Assembly: GCA_902384585.1 (NCBI GenBank)
Contig: CABMCJ010000002.1
Location: forward strand, 156,179-220,178
Source of the DNA: Candidatus Anstonella stagnisolia
Lineage (GTDB): Archaea; Micrarchaeota; Micrarchaeia; Anstonellales; Anstonellaceae
Length of the DNA: 64,000 nucleotides
Direction of reading: 5' to 3'
Both the position numbers and the translations under genes were made by a program. Of the stretch, positions 1 to 8,792 are shown piece by piece. The notes under the pieces were generated by a model. The model was not told the origin of the DNA, made no database searches, and saw nothing but the letters and a program-made list of their open reading frames with translations. Position 1 is the first letter of the stretch. Each line of letters begins with the position of its first letter.

Positions 1-132
1 TCCTGCGGAAGCTGCGGCATGAGGGCGAAAAAGGCGGCGCAAAAAATAAACAGGAGTGCGACGTAGCCGCACACCCATTTCCAGAACTCCCTTATGGGAT
101 ACCAGCCAAAGCTTGCCCTTATCAGGCTGACG
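1..132 (-). CDS. N-terminal fragment of a third paralog of the polytopic membrane-protein family seen at 145-1930; it continues past the window start
   Basis: The minus-strand reading from an ATG near 132 gives MDYVSLIRASFGWYPIRELWKWVCGYVALLF, collinear with the MDIDAGIRYAYGALKEKK and MDFTESLKYSLSALKEKK N-termini of the two downstream paralogs. It is not in the ORF track because it is truncated. Confidence 0.4.
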
Positions 133-144
133 TAGTCCATTTGC

Positions 145-1053
145 TCACTTCTTTTTGCCCGTTTTTGCGCCTGGGAGGATGCTCTTGTAGATGAATGCAT
201 AGAGATACGCTTCCGCGCCTATCCAGAGTGCGGAAACAAGCATGCACAGCACAAATACTGCAAGGGCAGCCAGGACTGCAACGCCGGCTATTGTTGAAGA
301 GCCCAGGAGCGGCCCGAACGCCGATGCCGCAAACACGGCTGCGAATATGAGGGCAAGGGCGAGCGCAACAACTGCAACAAAACCGGACAGCGTGAACATG
401 AGCCTTGCCCCAAAGATTGTGAGCGATTTGTGCCACGTGAGCGCCCAGGATTTCTGCGAGCATGCGCCCATTTCAATTTTAGGGTTGCAGAGCGCGAGTT
501 GCGCCATCAGGGAAAGCCGCACGCCGTTGTATATCCATGCGATTATGAGCGCGAACAATGAGCAAAAGAAACAGCCGTATATTATGATTTGAACCGGCCC
601 TGGGCCGCCCATTAAGCCCGGCTGGCCCATAAGTAGGCGCGAATTTGCGGCGTTGAGGGCAAAAAGTATTATGCCCGCCAAGCCTATGAAAAACGGGACG
701 TAGAGGAGGAGCAGTTTCTTTGCCCTCCAGAAAAACAGCGTGTGCAGGCCAGCGGTTATGAGAGCAAGCAGTGCGTGCGCATAAAGCCCGGCGGAATATT
801 TGGCAGCAGTGAGCTTTTCAGACGCAAGCCTAAAATGCAGGAACTTGAGCAGGAAATAGGTTGTTGCAAGCGCCATCAGGATTGTGATTGCATAGCGCGA
901 AACTTTCTGGGCATCTCCGGAAAGCAATGCCATTGCGGCAACTGAAAGGGCCTGCAACGCCATCATCGCGATTGCAAGCAGGGCAAAATCAAGGTAGTGT
1001 TTTTTCTCCTTGAGCGCGCCGTATGCGTACCTTATTCCCGCGTCTATGTCCAT
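145..1053 (-). CDS. Polytopic membrane protein of unknown function (paralog A of a tandem family)
   Basis: 302 aa and highly hydrophobic. It shares the N-terminal ALKEKK motif, a FFWR-KKLLLLY motif and a C-x(6-7)-G-x-CSQ-x-SW loop with ORF 1055-1930. Confidence 0.6.
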   Translation of the reverse strand: MDIDAGIRYAYGALKEKKHYLDFALLAIAMMALQALSVAAMALLSGDAQKVSRYAITILMALATTYFLLKFLHFRLASEKLTAAKYSAGLYAHALLALITAGLHTLFFWRAKKLLLLYVPFFIGLAGIILFALNAANSRLLMGQPGLMGGPGPVQIIIYGCFFCSLFALIIAWIYNGVRLSLMAQLALCNPKIEMGACSQKSWALTWHKSLTIFGARLMFTLSGFVAVVALALALIFAAVFAASAFGPLLGSSTIAGVAVLAALAVFVLCMLVSALWIGAEAYLYAFIYKSILPGAKTGKKK

Positions 1054-1054
1054 T

Positions 1055-1930
1055 TTATCGCCTCGTTATTTTTTTGCCTTTTTTTCTTTTGGTGCCTTTC
1101 CCAGGCTGCTTTTTTGCGCCATTCAGGTTTTTGTAAATGTACACAAGTAGGAACGCGTGCATTGCGTAGAAAGGGGCGCTTAGTGCCCCGTCAAGGGCGC
1201 GCTGCATTAGCTGGTTTGGGAAAACCAGCGCGAACACGCAGCTTATGAGCACAATCGGGATTCCGGCGCATATTGTAAAGCATATTACGTATGCGAGTAT
1301 TGCGAGGAACTTGTTGTGCGTCGCATCCCACGAGCCCTGCGAGCAAAGCCCGAGGTCTTTTTGGGGGGCGCACAGTTTTATAAGGGGCATGAAGCACAGG
1401 CGGTAGGAATGGAACACGTACATGAGCATGAGCGCAAGCAGGCCGGTTATGATGAACAGCAGGCCAGGGAGTGCGCCTTCAAGCGCCATTTTTGCCTTTA
1501 GGGGGCCTGAGGAGGCTGAAACGCCCGCACTCGCGGGGAGTGAGCTGAAAAGCAGGATTGCGCCAATTATTGGGACAAGGTAAAGAAGGAGCAGTTTTTT
1601 GTCCCTCCAGAAAAAAAACACGTGCAGCATCTGCATGAAAATTGAGGACATGTAGCGGAGGTAAAGCTCGTGCGTGTATTTCCCTTTTGCGAGCCTTTCC
1701 ACTGACAGTTTGTAGTGGATGAATTTGCCCGCAAAATACCAGAGTATGAATGCAAAGAGGAAAGTGAAGAGCAGCACAAGGGAGGGCACTGCGTATATGC
1801 AAAGGTAAAGGAGCGCGCAAACCGCCATGAAAACGAGGTAAGTTGGGTAGAGCTTTTTTTCCTTAAGGGCAGAGAGGGAATATTTTAGGCTTTCCGTAAA
1901 ATCCATGCCGCCACTGCTGCTGCCCTCCAC
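1055..1930 (-). CDS. Polytopic membrane protein of unknown function (paralog B of a tandem family)
   Basis: 291 aa with the same conserved motifs as 145-1053 (SALKEKKLY, FFWRDKKLLLLY, CAPQKDLGLCSQGSWDATHNKF). Only a 1-nt gap separates it from paralog A. Confidence 0.6.
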   Translation of the reverse strand: MEGSSSGGMDFTESLKYSLSALKEKKLYPTYLVFMAVCALLYLCIYAVPSLVLLFTFLFAFILWYFAGKFIHYKLSVERLAKGKYTHELYLRYMSSIFMQMLHVFFFWRDKKLLLLYLVPIIGAILLFSSLPASAGVSASSGPLKAKMALEGALPGLLFIITGLLALMLMYVFHSYRLCFMPLIKLCAPQKDLGLCSQGSWDATHNKFLAILAYVICFTICAGIPIVLISCVFALVFPNQLMQRALDGALSAPFYAMHAFLLVYIYKNLNGAKKQPGKGTKRKKGKKITRR

Positions 1931-2011
1931 GTTAAAAAGTCGGATATAAGCGTTAAAAAGCTTCCCTAAAGGAGCTTCCCTAAAGGCTGCTTGTGCGCGC
2001 CTTAAAGCGCC

Positions 2012-3148
2012 CTAAAACTGCTGCTCCCACATGCGCTTTGCAAGGGGTCCCTCGTGCATGAAGTCCCTTATGCTTTCTTTTGCGGCTTCCCGTTTCTCCT
2101 TGTGCGCTGCAAGGAACGTGTTTATCTTTTCTATGAGGGCTGCCTTCATTTCGCCGCTAAGGAGCGCCCCGCTTTTGTAGTCGTCATGCAGTTTTTGCAG
2201 CTTCTTGTCGCTTGGTTCAAAGAAAATTTTTAGCCACTGGAACGGAACATCTATGTCGGGATTGCCGCCAAGCTTGCGGTGCTCCTCCATGCTGCTCTTC
2301 CCCCCTGAGAATGCGTATTTGTTTATCTTGTTTTTCACTGCTTTTGCGTCGTCGGAGAGCCAGATTGCGCTGTCCGCTGCACTTGAGCTCATTTTCCCCT
2401 CAGTGCCTGAAAGGGGCGGGAGGAACTTGCTGTGTATTGCGGCTGTCTTGAAATATCCAAGTGACTCTGCGATGTCGCGCTGTATTCTCCAGTATGGGTC
2501 CTGGTCTATTGCGGATGGGATAAGGCAGCGCTTTTTCTCAAAGAAAGTGGGCACTATTTGGTACGCTGGATAGAAAGTGAGCCCTATGTTGGAGGAGTCG
2601 GTGAAGCCGAAAACAGCCTTTGCGGTGCTCATTGTTGTTTTCCTTGCGGTTTTTAGGAGAAGAGGGTAGACGTTCTTTATGTATTCGGAGTCCTTGAAGA
2701 TGAAAGTGCGCTTTGGGTCAAAGCCCGCTGCAATTATGTCAAGGATGTTTTCGTGCGAATATTTTTGGGTGTCCTCCCATTGCATGCCTTGCTTTACAAG
2801 GAACTTTTCATCGTCCGTGATTTGGATGTAGAGGTTGCACTTGAATTTGTCCTGGAGCCATTTTGTGAAAACGAGCGGGACTAAGTGCCCGATGTGCATG
2901 GGACCGCTTGGGCCCCTTCCTGTGTAAAGGAAAAAGCCCTTGCCTTTCTCGTGCTCGTCAAGTGCCAAATCCATGTCCCTGTGCGAAAAGAAATAGTCGC
3001 GCGAAAGCATTGGGTGCAATTCGCCTGCGCTTTTTTGGATGCGCTCCTTGAGTGCGGGGGAAATCTTCTTTGTGCCAAACTGCATAATGAGCTTGTCGTA
3101 GTCTATTGCGCCGCTTACGTCCCAGGGGGTTACGTTGAAATCCGCCAT
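2012..3148 (-). CDS. trpS: Tryptophanyl-tRNA synthetase (archaeal/eukaryotic type)
   Basis: 378 aa with the class I HIGH-region variant (GPSGPMHIGHLVP) and a KMSSS (KMSKS-like) motif. The overall archaeal TrpRS layout is recognisable. Confidence 0.9.
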   Translation of the reverse strand: MADFNVTPWDVSGAIDYDKLIMQFGTKKISPALKERIQKSAGELHPMLSRDYFFSHRDMDLALDEHEKGKGFFLYTGRGPSGPMHIGHLVPLVFTKWLQDKFKCNLYIQITDDEKFLVKQGMQWEDTQKYSHENILDIIAAGFDPKRTFIFKDSEYIKNVYPLLLKTARKTTMSTAKAVFGFTDSSNIGLTFYPAYQIVPTFFEKKRCLIPSAIDQDPYWRIQRDIAESLGYFKTAAIHSKFLPPLSGTEGKMSSSAADSAIWLSDDAKAVKNKINKYAFSGGKSSMEEHRKLGGNPDIDVPFQWLKIFFEPSDKKLQKLHDDYKSGALLSGEMKAALIEKINTFLAAHKEKREAAKESIRDFMHEGPLAKRMWEQQF

Positions 3149-4032
3149 CAGAATTCCTCTTTGCGAAGTTTTTTTGATTTTTTTGAGGCAGTGGGAGGTT
3201 GTTCTGGTTGAGGGCTTGCCTTTGCTTGCGGCTTTTTCTGCTGCGGAACTTGCTCCTGCTGCGCGCCTGCCCTTGCCTTTTGCTGCGCGGGTGCCTGATC
3301 GTGCTGCGCATATTGCTGCTCTTCCCCAAACCCTGCAAGGGAAAAGCCGGATGCATCAAGCTTTGCCTCAAATGCGCCATGCTGGTGCGCGCAGCCGCGC
3401 AGCTTTACTACCTCTATTGCGCGCACCCTTCGCCCGTCCGCGGTGCGCTCAAATGTGAGATGGATAAGGCCGTCAGAGAAGGACTCTATTCCTGAGGAGG
3501 AGCGCGGGACGCTGCTGTTCGCGGAAATGTCCTCCGCAGTCACCATTATTGTCACGTTCCATTTCCTCAAAGCCTGCACGAGCTTCATCAGGTTGCGCAT
3601 GCGCTCGTCGGATTCCGGGAAAAGGACTGCGAAAGGCGTAATGGAGTCTATTGCAACGCGCTTTATGTCAAGGGAATCTATGAGGTCGCGTATTGCGCCC
3701 TCCTGCTCTATGAAATGCTCAAGCTCGTTGTGGGGGTATTCTATGAAAACGAACTTCTTTTGTTGCTCAAGCTCGGGAAGGTCCCAGCCGAAGGGAAGCG
3801 CGTTTGCAAAAAAATTGCCTTTTTGCTGGTCAAAGGAGATGAGGAGCCCGTTCTCGCCCTCCTCGATGCCGTTTACGAGGAACTGGAGCGCAAAGGTTGT
3901 CCTGCCCGAGCCGGTCGGGCCTATTACGGAGCATATGCTGCTTCGATTAAAGCCCCCGCCTGTGAGCTCGTCAAGCCCCGGAATTCCGCTTTTCACTTTT
4001 GCAGAGAGGATTTTTGCCATTGTTCCACTCAT
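3148..4032 (-). CDS. KaiC-like / RecA-superfamily ATPase with a Q/A/P-rich C-terminal tail
   Basis: GIPGLDELTGGGF, then Walker A GPTGSGRTTFALQF, is the KaiC/RadA-type domain. The last ~70 aa are low-complexity Q/A/P/K-rich. Confidence 0.75.
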   Translation of the reverse strand: MSGTMAKILSAKVKSGIPGLDELTGGGFNRSSICSVIGPTGSGRTTFALQFLVNGIEEGENGLLISFDQQKGNFFANALPFGWDLPELEQQKKFVFIEYPHNELEHFIEQEGAIRDLIDSLDIKRVAIDSITPFAVLFPESDERMRNLMKLVQALRKWNVTIMVTAEDISANSSVPRSSSGIESFSDGLIHLTFERTADGRRVRAIEVVKLRGCAHQHGAFEAKLDASGFSLAGFGEEQQYAQHDQAPAQQKARAGAQQEQVPQQKKPQAKASPQPEQPPTASKKSKKLRKEEF

Positions 4033-4520
4033 TTCTGTTTTTTCCTTTCAAGCAAATTCTTCCCAAGCGCCATGCGCTGCTCAAGCTTCCTTGAGTAAAG
4101 GGCGTTCTCCTCTGGGGTGAGCCCTTTTTGCATAAGTATGCTTGCGAATTGCGATGAGAGTTGCGCAACTGAGAGGAGCGCCTCCTGAAGCTCGCCCAAT
4201 GAGAGTTTTACCTCGTGCGGGCGCAGTATCTCTATCCCGATTGGGGAATATTGGGCGCAAATCCTTGTGAAGGAGGGCAGGTCTTTTATGAGCATCTTCA
4301 CTTCCGCGGATGCGGAAAATAGGTCGTCGTGCACGATTGGCTTGTCAATGTCGCCAAGCGCGTATATCACGCCGTCTTCCTTTGTGAGCTTTGCAATGAA
4401 GCCCACCATTATGTTCTTCACTGCTTCCTCTGAGGAGGCGTGCATGTCAAAGTATAAGAGGCACAGATAGCCGCCGTCCTCTATTGCCTCGTTTGTAATC
4501 TCGTCAACTGATTTTGCCAT
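4029..4520 (-). CDS. Hypothetical protein, possible partner of the KaiC-like ATPase
   Basis: The ORF overlaps the KaiC-like gene by 4 nt. The start is chosen at the MAKSVDEITNE methionine (4520) so it does not overlap hisIE. I recognise no motif. Confidence 0.45.
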   Translation of the reverse strand: MAKSVDEITNEAIEDGGYLCLLYFDMHASSEEAVKNIMVGFIAKLTKEDGVIYALGDIDKPIVHDDLFSASAEVKMLIKDLPSFTRICAQYSPIGIEILRPHEVKLSLGELQEALLSVAQLSSQFASILMQKGLTPEENALYSRKLEQRMALGKNLLERKKQK

Positions 4521-4575
4521 AAGAACACTCTCGTAAGTAGGATGCGGAATTGAGCTTTTTAAGGATTTGTTTCTT

Positions 4576-5190
4576 TTAGGGCTTGTTGCGCCTTGCAAGC
4601 TCCCTGTTTATGTCCCCTATGCTTATTCCTGCTGCGTATGCAAGCGCAAGAGTGTGGTAGAGCAGGTCTGCAGCTTCCCATGTGATGTCCTTTTTGCCCT
4701 TCTCTTGAACTGCCTCTATGAGCTCTTCGGACTCCTCGCGCACCTTTGAAATGGAAAGGGACTTGCTGCGCAGGAGTTTGGCAGTATATGAGCCGGCAGG
4801 TGCGTTCTTTTTTCTTTCCTCTATGAGCTGCGCTAGCGAGAGCAGGGTGAAATCAGGCTCGCCAAAGCAGGCTTTTTCCCCAGTGTGGCATGCGACGCCC
4901 TTTTGCTTCACAGTGAAGAGAAGAGCGTCAGAATCACAGTCCTTTTTCACAGAGAGCACTTGCTGCGTATTGCCGCTTTGCTCGCCTTTTTTCCAGAGGC
5001 GCTTTCTGCTCCTGCTAAAGTAGTGCATAAAACCGGTCGTGAGGGTGAGAAGGAGGGCGCGCTTATCCATGAAGGCGACCATAAGAACGTCCTTTGCGCT
5101 GTTTTGAACTACTGCTGCAGCTAGCCCGTTGCATTTTGAAAAATCAACGGAATTTGCAAATTTTTCTGCTGCGGTTTTTGAGAATTTCAT
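4576..5190 (-). CDS. hisIE: Bifunctional phosphoribosyl-AMP cyclohydrolase / phosphoribosyl-ATP pyrophosphatase
   Basis: The N-terminal HisI signature is VVQ...VLMVAFMDKRAL...GEQSGNTQ. The C-terminal HisE-like helical region is EESEELIEA...DITWEAADLLYHTLAL. Confidence 0.85.
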   Translation of the reverse strand: MKFSKTAAEKFANSVDFSKCNGLAAAVVQNSAKDVLMVAFMDKRALLLTLTTGFMHYFSRSRKRLWKKGEQSGNTQQVLSVKKDCDSDALLFTVKQKGVACHTGEKACFGEPDFTLLSLAQLIEERKKNAPAGSYTAKLLRSKSLSISKVREESEELIEAVQEKGKKDITWEAADLLYHTLALAYAAGISIGDINRELARRNKP

Positions 5191-5202
5191 GGTTTTGCCC
5201 GC

Positions 5203-5952
5203 TTACCTGACTGCTATTTTCAAGCTCTTTAAGCCTTTTTTGAGTTTTTCCACTGTTGTTTCTTTCCTGTGGAGAATTCCTGCGAGAAGCGCGGCATCCG
5301 CGCCGCTTTTGAGGACTTTTGCAATATCGCGTGCGCTGCCCGCGCCGCCGGATGCGATTACTGGGATATTGACTGCGCGGGAGACTGCTGCATTCAGCCC
5401 AACGTCATACCCGGAATTTGAGCCGTCCTTGTCCATGCTTGTGAGAAGGATTTCGCCCGCGCCAAGGGAAGCTGCCTTCTTTGCCCAGGAGATTGCGTCT
5501 ATTCCTGTATCTTTTCTTCCCCCGTATGTGAAAACAGTCCAGCTATTTTGGGAGCGTTTTGCGTCTATTGCTACCACGACTGCCTGCGAGCCGAATTTCC
5601 TTGCGATTTTGGAGATGAGTGCGGGGTTTTCGACTGCGGCAGTATTTATGGAAATTTTGTCCGCGCCGTTTTGGAGGATTTCGCCTGCATCAGAGGGCGT
5701 GCGTATGCCCCCGCCCACTGTGAAGGGGATGAAGATCTCCTGTGCAACCGCGCGTGTGAGGCGCTTTATTGTGCCACGCCCCTGCGCGGAAGCTGCAATA
5801 TCGAGGAACACCAGCTCGTCCGCGCCTTCCCTGTAGTATTTTTTTGCAAGGGAGAGCGCATCCCCTGCGTACGCTAGGCGCTTGAAGGATTTTCCTTTCA
5901 CGACCTTGCCGCCCTTAACGTCAAGGCAGGGGATTATGCGCTTAAGTTGCAT
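5203..5952 (-). CDS. hisF: Imidazole glycerol phosphate synthase, cyclase subunit
   Basis: LKRIIPCLDVKGGKVVKG...FTVGGGIR...GADKISINTAAV are the canonical HisF TIM-barrel motifs. Confidence 0.9.
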   Translation of the reverse strand: MQLKRIIPCLDVKGGKVVKGKSFKRLAYAGDALSLAKKYYREGADELVFLDIAASAQGRGTIKRLTRAVAQEIFIPFTVGGGIRTPSDAGEILQNGADKISINTAAVENPALISKIARKFGSQAVVVAIDAKRSQNSWTVFTYGGRKDTGIDAISWAKKAASLGAGEILLTSMDKDGSNSGYDVGLNAAVSRAVNIPVIASGGAGSARDIAKVLKSGADAALLAGILHRKETTVEKLKKGLKSLKIAVR

Positions 5953-5954
5953 AT

Positions 5955-6653
5955 CTAACGACCCGCTTCAATTGCCTCTTTCAGACTTATTTTTCCTGTG
6001 TAAAGCGCCTTTCCTATTATGCAGCCGTCAGCGCCCGCTTTCTTTACAGCGCGCACGTCCTCAAGGGAGGAGATGCCACCGGAGATAAAGAGCTTTTTTG
6101 AAACTGTTTTCCTCATTTGCTTTATTGCATCTGTGTCTGGGCCTTCAAGCATCCCATCGCGCGCAATGGAAGTGAATATTATGCGGCTGCAGAAGGGCTG
6201 TGCGGTTTTTGCGAATTCATAAGCATCGATTCCGGTATCCTTGAGCCAGCCGTTCGTGGAGATTTTCCCATCCCGCGCATCTATTGCGATTGCGATTTTT
6301 TTCGCGAATGGCTTAAGCGAAGAAAGGAACTTTTCGTCGTTCACTGCCGCGCTTGAGATAATGGGCGTTGCGGCTAGGGAGAGTATTTTATTCACGCTCT
6401 CGATTGTGCGTATGCCTCCCCCTATTTGCATCAGGCAGATGTAGCTGAGCTGGTCTAGGATGTCGAAGTTAGTGAGATTCCCGTTTTTTGCGCCTTCCAA
6501 ATCAACAACGTGCACAAGCTTCGCACCCTGGGACACGAACTCGCGCGCGGTTTCTGCGGGCGAATCCGAATACTCTTTTGCGCTTGTGTAGTCCCCTTGC
6601 GTAAGCCTTACGCATTTTTTCCTCAGGAGGTCTATTGCCGGTATTACTTGCAT
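5955..6653 (-). CDS. hisA: ProFAR isomerase
   Basis: MQVIPAIDL...VHVVDLEGAK...GGGIRT...GADGCIIGKALY is the HisA pattern. The start is taken at the second Met so it does not overlap hisH. Confidence 0.9.
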   Translation of the reverse strand: MQVIPAIDLLRKKCVRLTQGDYTSAKEYSDSPAETAREFVSQGAKLVHVVDLEGAKNGNLTNFDILDQLSYICLMQIGGGIRTIESVNKILSLAATPIISSAAVNDEKFLSSLKPFAKKIAIAIDARDGKISTNGWLKDTGIDAYEFAKTAQPFCSRIIFTSIARDGMLEGPDTDAIKQMRKTVSKKLFISGGISSLEDVRAVKKAGADGCIIGKALYTGKISLKEAIEAGR

Positions 6654-6654
6654 A

Positions 6655-7317
6655 TTATGCACCTTTTGCACGCGCGCTTGCCCGCATTTGCTGCACGCTG
6701 CTTGCCAGTTCTGCCTGCCGCTTTTTTGCCTGTGTGGCTATTTTCACGAAGTTGCTCAAAAGCTTAAGCCCGCACGCGCCGCTTTTCTCCGGGTGGAACT
6801 GCACCGCAAAGAGGTTTTCGCGCTCTAGCGATGCAACGAAATTCTCTTTGCCTGCTTTTGAGAACGAACTTGCATTTTCGCTTTCCTTTATTGCGTAGGA
6901 GTGGCAGAAATAGAAAATCGGGGAACGTATGCCGGAAAAAAGCCTTCCTTTGCGCACTTTCACTTCCCGCCAGCCAACATTGGGAAGCTTTTTGCATTTG
7001 AGCCTGCGCACCTTTCCTGAAAAAATTCCAAGCGCGCTTCCCCTTGCCTCTTCGCTCTCTTCAAAGAGGAGCTGCATGCCCAAACAGATGCCAAGAAAGG
7101 GCTTTTTTGAGATTGAATCCAAAATTGGCTTTCGCAGTTTTGCGAGCCTCTTTGCACATGAAAAAGAACCGACGCCCGGAAGGACTATTGCATCCGCTTT
7201 TTGCAAATCTTTTCCTGTTTTTGCAATGGAAACGTCCGCCCTGCATTTTCTTAGTGCATTCGCTGCGCTGCCGATGTTGCCTGCACCGTAATCTATTATT
7301 GCAATTTTGAGTTCCAT
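6655..7317 (-). CDS. hisH: Imidazole glycerol phosphate synthase, glutamine amidotransferase subunit
   Basis: IAIIDYGAGN...GVGSF...GICLGMQLLFE...VQFHPEKSG is the class I GATase catalytic triad context. Confidence 0.9.
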   Translation of the reverse strand: MELKIAIIDYGAGNIGSAANALRKCRADVSIAKTGKDLQKADAIVLPGVGSFSCAKRLAKLRKPILDSISKKPFLGICLGMQLLFEESEEARGSALGIFSGKVRRLKCKKLPNVGWREVKVRKGRLFSGIRSPIFYFCHSYAIKESENASSFSKAGKENFVASLERENLFAVQFHPEKSGACGLKLLSNFVKIATQAKKRQAELASSVQQMRASARAKGA

Positions 7318-7324
7318 TTTATCA

Positions 7325-8161
7325 CTATTTTACTATCCTCTCTATATCGAGCAAGAGAATGTCGCTTGCGCCCGCTTGCTTGAGGTTGTAGATGAGCGAA
7401 TTTATGCCCCTGCGCTGCACAACGGAGTGCAGGGCAAACATCCCTTTTGCAGCAAGTGGCATCATGGTGGGCGATTTCATGCCTCCAAGCAAATTCGCAA
7501 CCGCCTCGAGGTTTTTCTCCTGCACGTTGAGCATTAGGTATGCCTTTTCCTCTGCGAGAAGAACGCCCTTTATGGAAAGTGCGAGCTCTTCGGTTTTTTG
7601 CCGCGAGGCATCGGAGCATATGAGCACTGCCTGGGAATCCATTATTTTTTCAAGTTCGCACAGGTTGTTGAGCGCAAGTGTTGAGCCCGTGCTCACTTGG
7701 TCTATTATTGCGTCTGCAATTCCAAGATAGGGAGTGAGCTCTGTTGCGCCCGCAACCTTGAGTATTTTTACGCTCATGCGTTTTGAGGCAAAAAAAGAAG
7801 AGGCGATTTTGGGAAGCCGCGTTGCGATTGTCTTTCCCCCAAGGGATTGGAGGGTTGCGCCTTTTTTTGAAGCAAGCGAGATGCGGCATTTCCCAAAGCC
7901 AAGCGGGCAAAGCTGCTGCACTTTTGCGCCCGCTTCCGCTATCATGTCGGAGCCTGTTATGCCGCAGTCCGCTGCCCCGCTCTCCACGTACTTGGGAACG
8001 TCGTCTGCGCGCGCAAAGAGGATTGTGCATGAGCCATCCGCGCTTTTTACAAAGAGGGAGCCGTTGGACTCCTCTATTTCAATCCCTGCTGCGCGAAGCA
8101 GCGCTAAGGAAGGCTCGCGCAGCCTGCCTTTGTTTGGTATTGCTATTTTCAACGTGTTCAT
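7325..8161 (-). CDS. hisG: ATP phosphoribosyltransferase (long form)
   Basis: LKIAIPNKGRL...GSDMI...ATRLPKIA is HisG-like; 278 aa. Confidence 0.85.
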   Translation of the reverse strand: MNTLKIAIPNKGRLREPSLALLRAAGIEIEESNGSLFVKSADGSCTILFARADDVPKYVESGAADCGITGSDMIAEAGAKVQQLCPLGFGKCRISLASKKGATLQSLGGKTIATRLPKIASSFFASKRMSVKILKVAGATELTPYLGIADAIIDQVSTGSTLALNNLCELEKIMDSQAVLICSDASRQKTEELALSIKGVLLAEEKAYLMLNVQEKNLEAVANLLGGMKSPTMMPLAAKGMFALHSVVQRRGINSLIYNLKQAGASDILLLDIERIVK

Positions 8162-8198
8162 TCTATCACCTTGCTTTGCGCATTGCGCAAGCGCATTT

Positions 8199-8792
8199 TC
8201 ATATCATCCCTTTTGTACTCGGAATTTTGCCCTCTGCATTCTTGCTTACGCTAACTGCCTGCGAAAGGGCTTTTGCAAAGCCCTTGAAAATCCCCTCGCA
8301 CTTGTGGTGGTCGTTCCCATCGTAGAGATTGCGTATGTGCAAATTGCATCTTGCGCCCTGCACAAAGCCTGCAAAGAACTCCTTTATGAGGTCGGACTGG
8401 AGCTCTCCTATGAATTCGCGCTCAAACCTTGCATCAAAGTTAAGGTATGCCCTTCCTCCGAAGTCAAGTGCGATGCACGAAAGCGTTTCATCCATAGGGT
8501 ATGCAAAGAGAAAGGAGCCTGCGCGGGAAATACCTTTTTTGTCCCCTAGGGCTTGCGAAAAGGCACTGCCAAGCGCTATCCCTACATCCTCTACAAGGTG
8601 GTGCTGGTCCACCTCAAGGTCCCCTTTTGCAACTAGGGTGAGGTCGAATAAGCCGTGCTTTGCAAAGGAGAGAAGCATGTGGTCAAAGAAGCCGATGCCG
8701 GTTTGCACGCTTGCATCGCCCTTGCCGTCCAGGTTAAGCTTAAGGGAAATCTGCGTCTCTTTTGTATTCCTTTCTATTTTTGAAATTCTCAT
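8199..8792 (-). CDS. hisB: Imidazoleglycerol-phosphate dehydratase
   Basis: MRISKIERNTKETQISL...GIGFFDHML...HHLVEDVGIALG are the IGPD motifs. The start is trimmed to the Met at 8792, which overlaps the hisC stop by 4 nt. Confidence 0.9.
   Translation of the reverse strand: MRISKIERNTKETQISLKLNLDGKGDASVQTGIGFFDHMLLSFAKHGLFDLTLVAKGDLEVDQHHLVEDVGIALGSAFSQALGDKKGISRAGSFLFAYPMDETLSCIALDFGGRAYLNFDARFEREFIGELQSDLIKEFFAGFVQGARCNLHIRNLYDGNDHHKCEGIFKGFAKALSQAVSVSKNAEGKIPSTKGMI

Noticed and set aside
3443-4120. 225-aa and 127-aa plus-strand ORFs opposite the KaiC-like ATPase and its partner
   Set aside because: They are antisense to better-supported minus-strand genes with clear Walker motifs. No motifs of their own.
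5129-5836. 235-aa plus-strand ORF across hisF/hisIE
   Set aside because: Antisense to two his genes with canonical signatures. Pro/Ala/Ser-rich translation typical of an artefact.
7734-8549. 271-aa and 180-aa plus-strand ORFs across hisG/hisB, and the 275-aa ORF at 8329-9156
   Set aside because: Opposite strand of the well-supported hisG, hisB and hisC. No recognisable domains.
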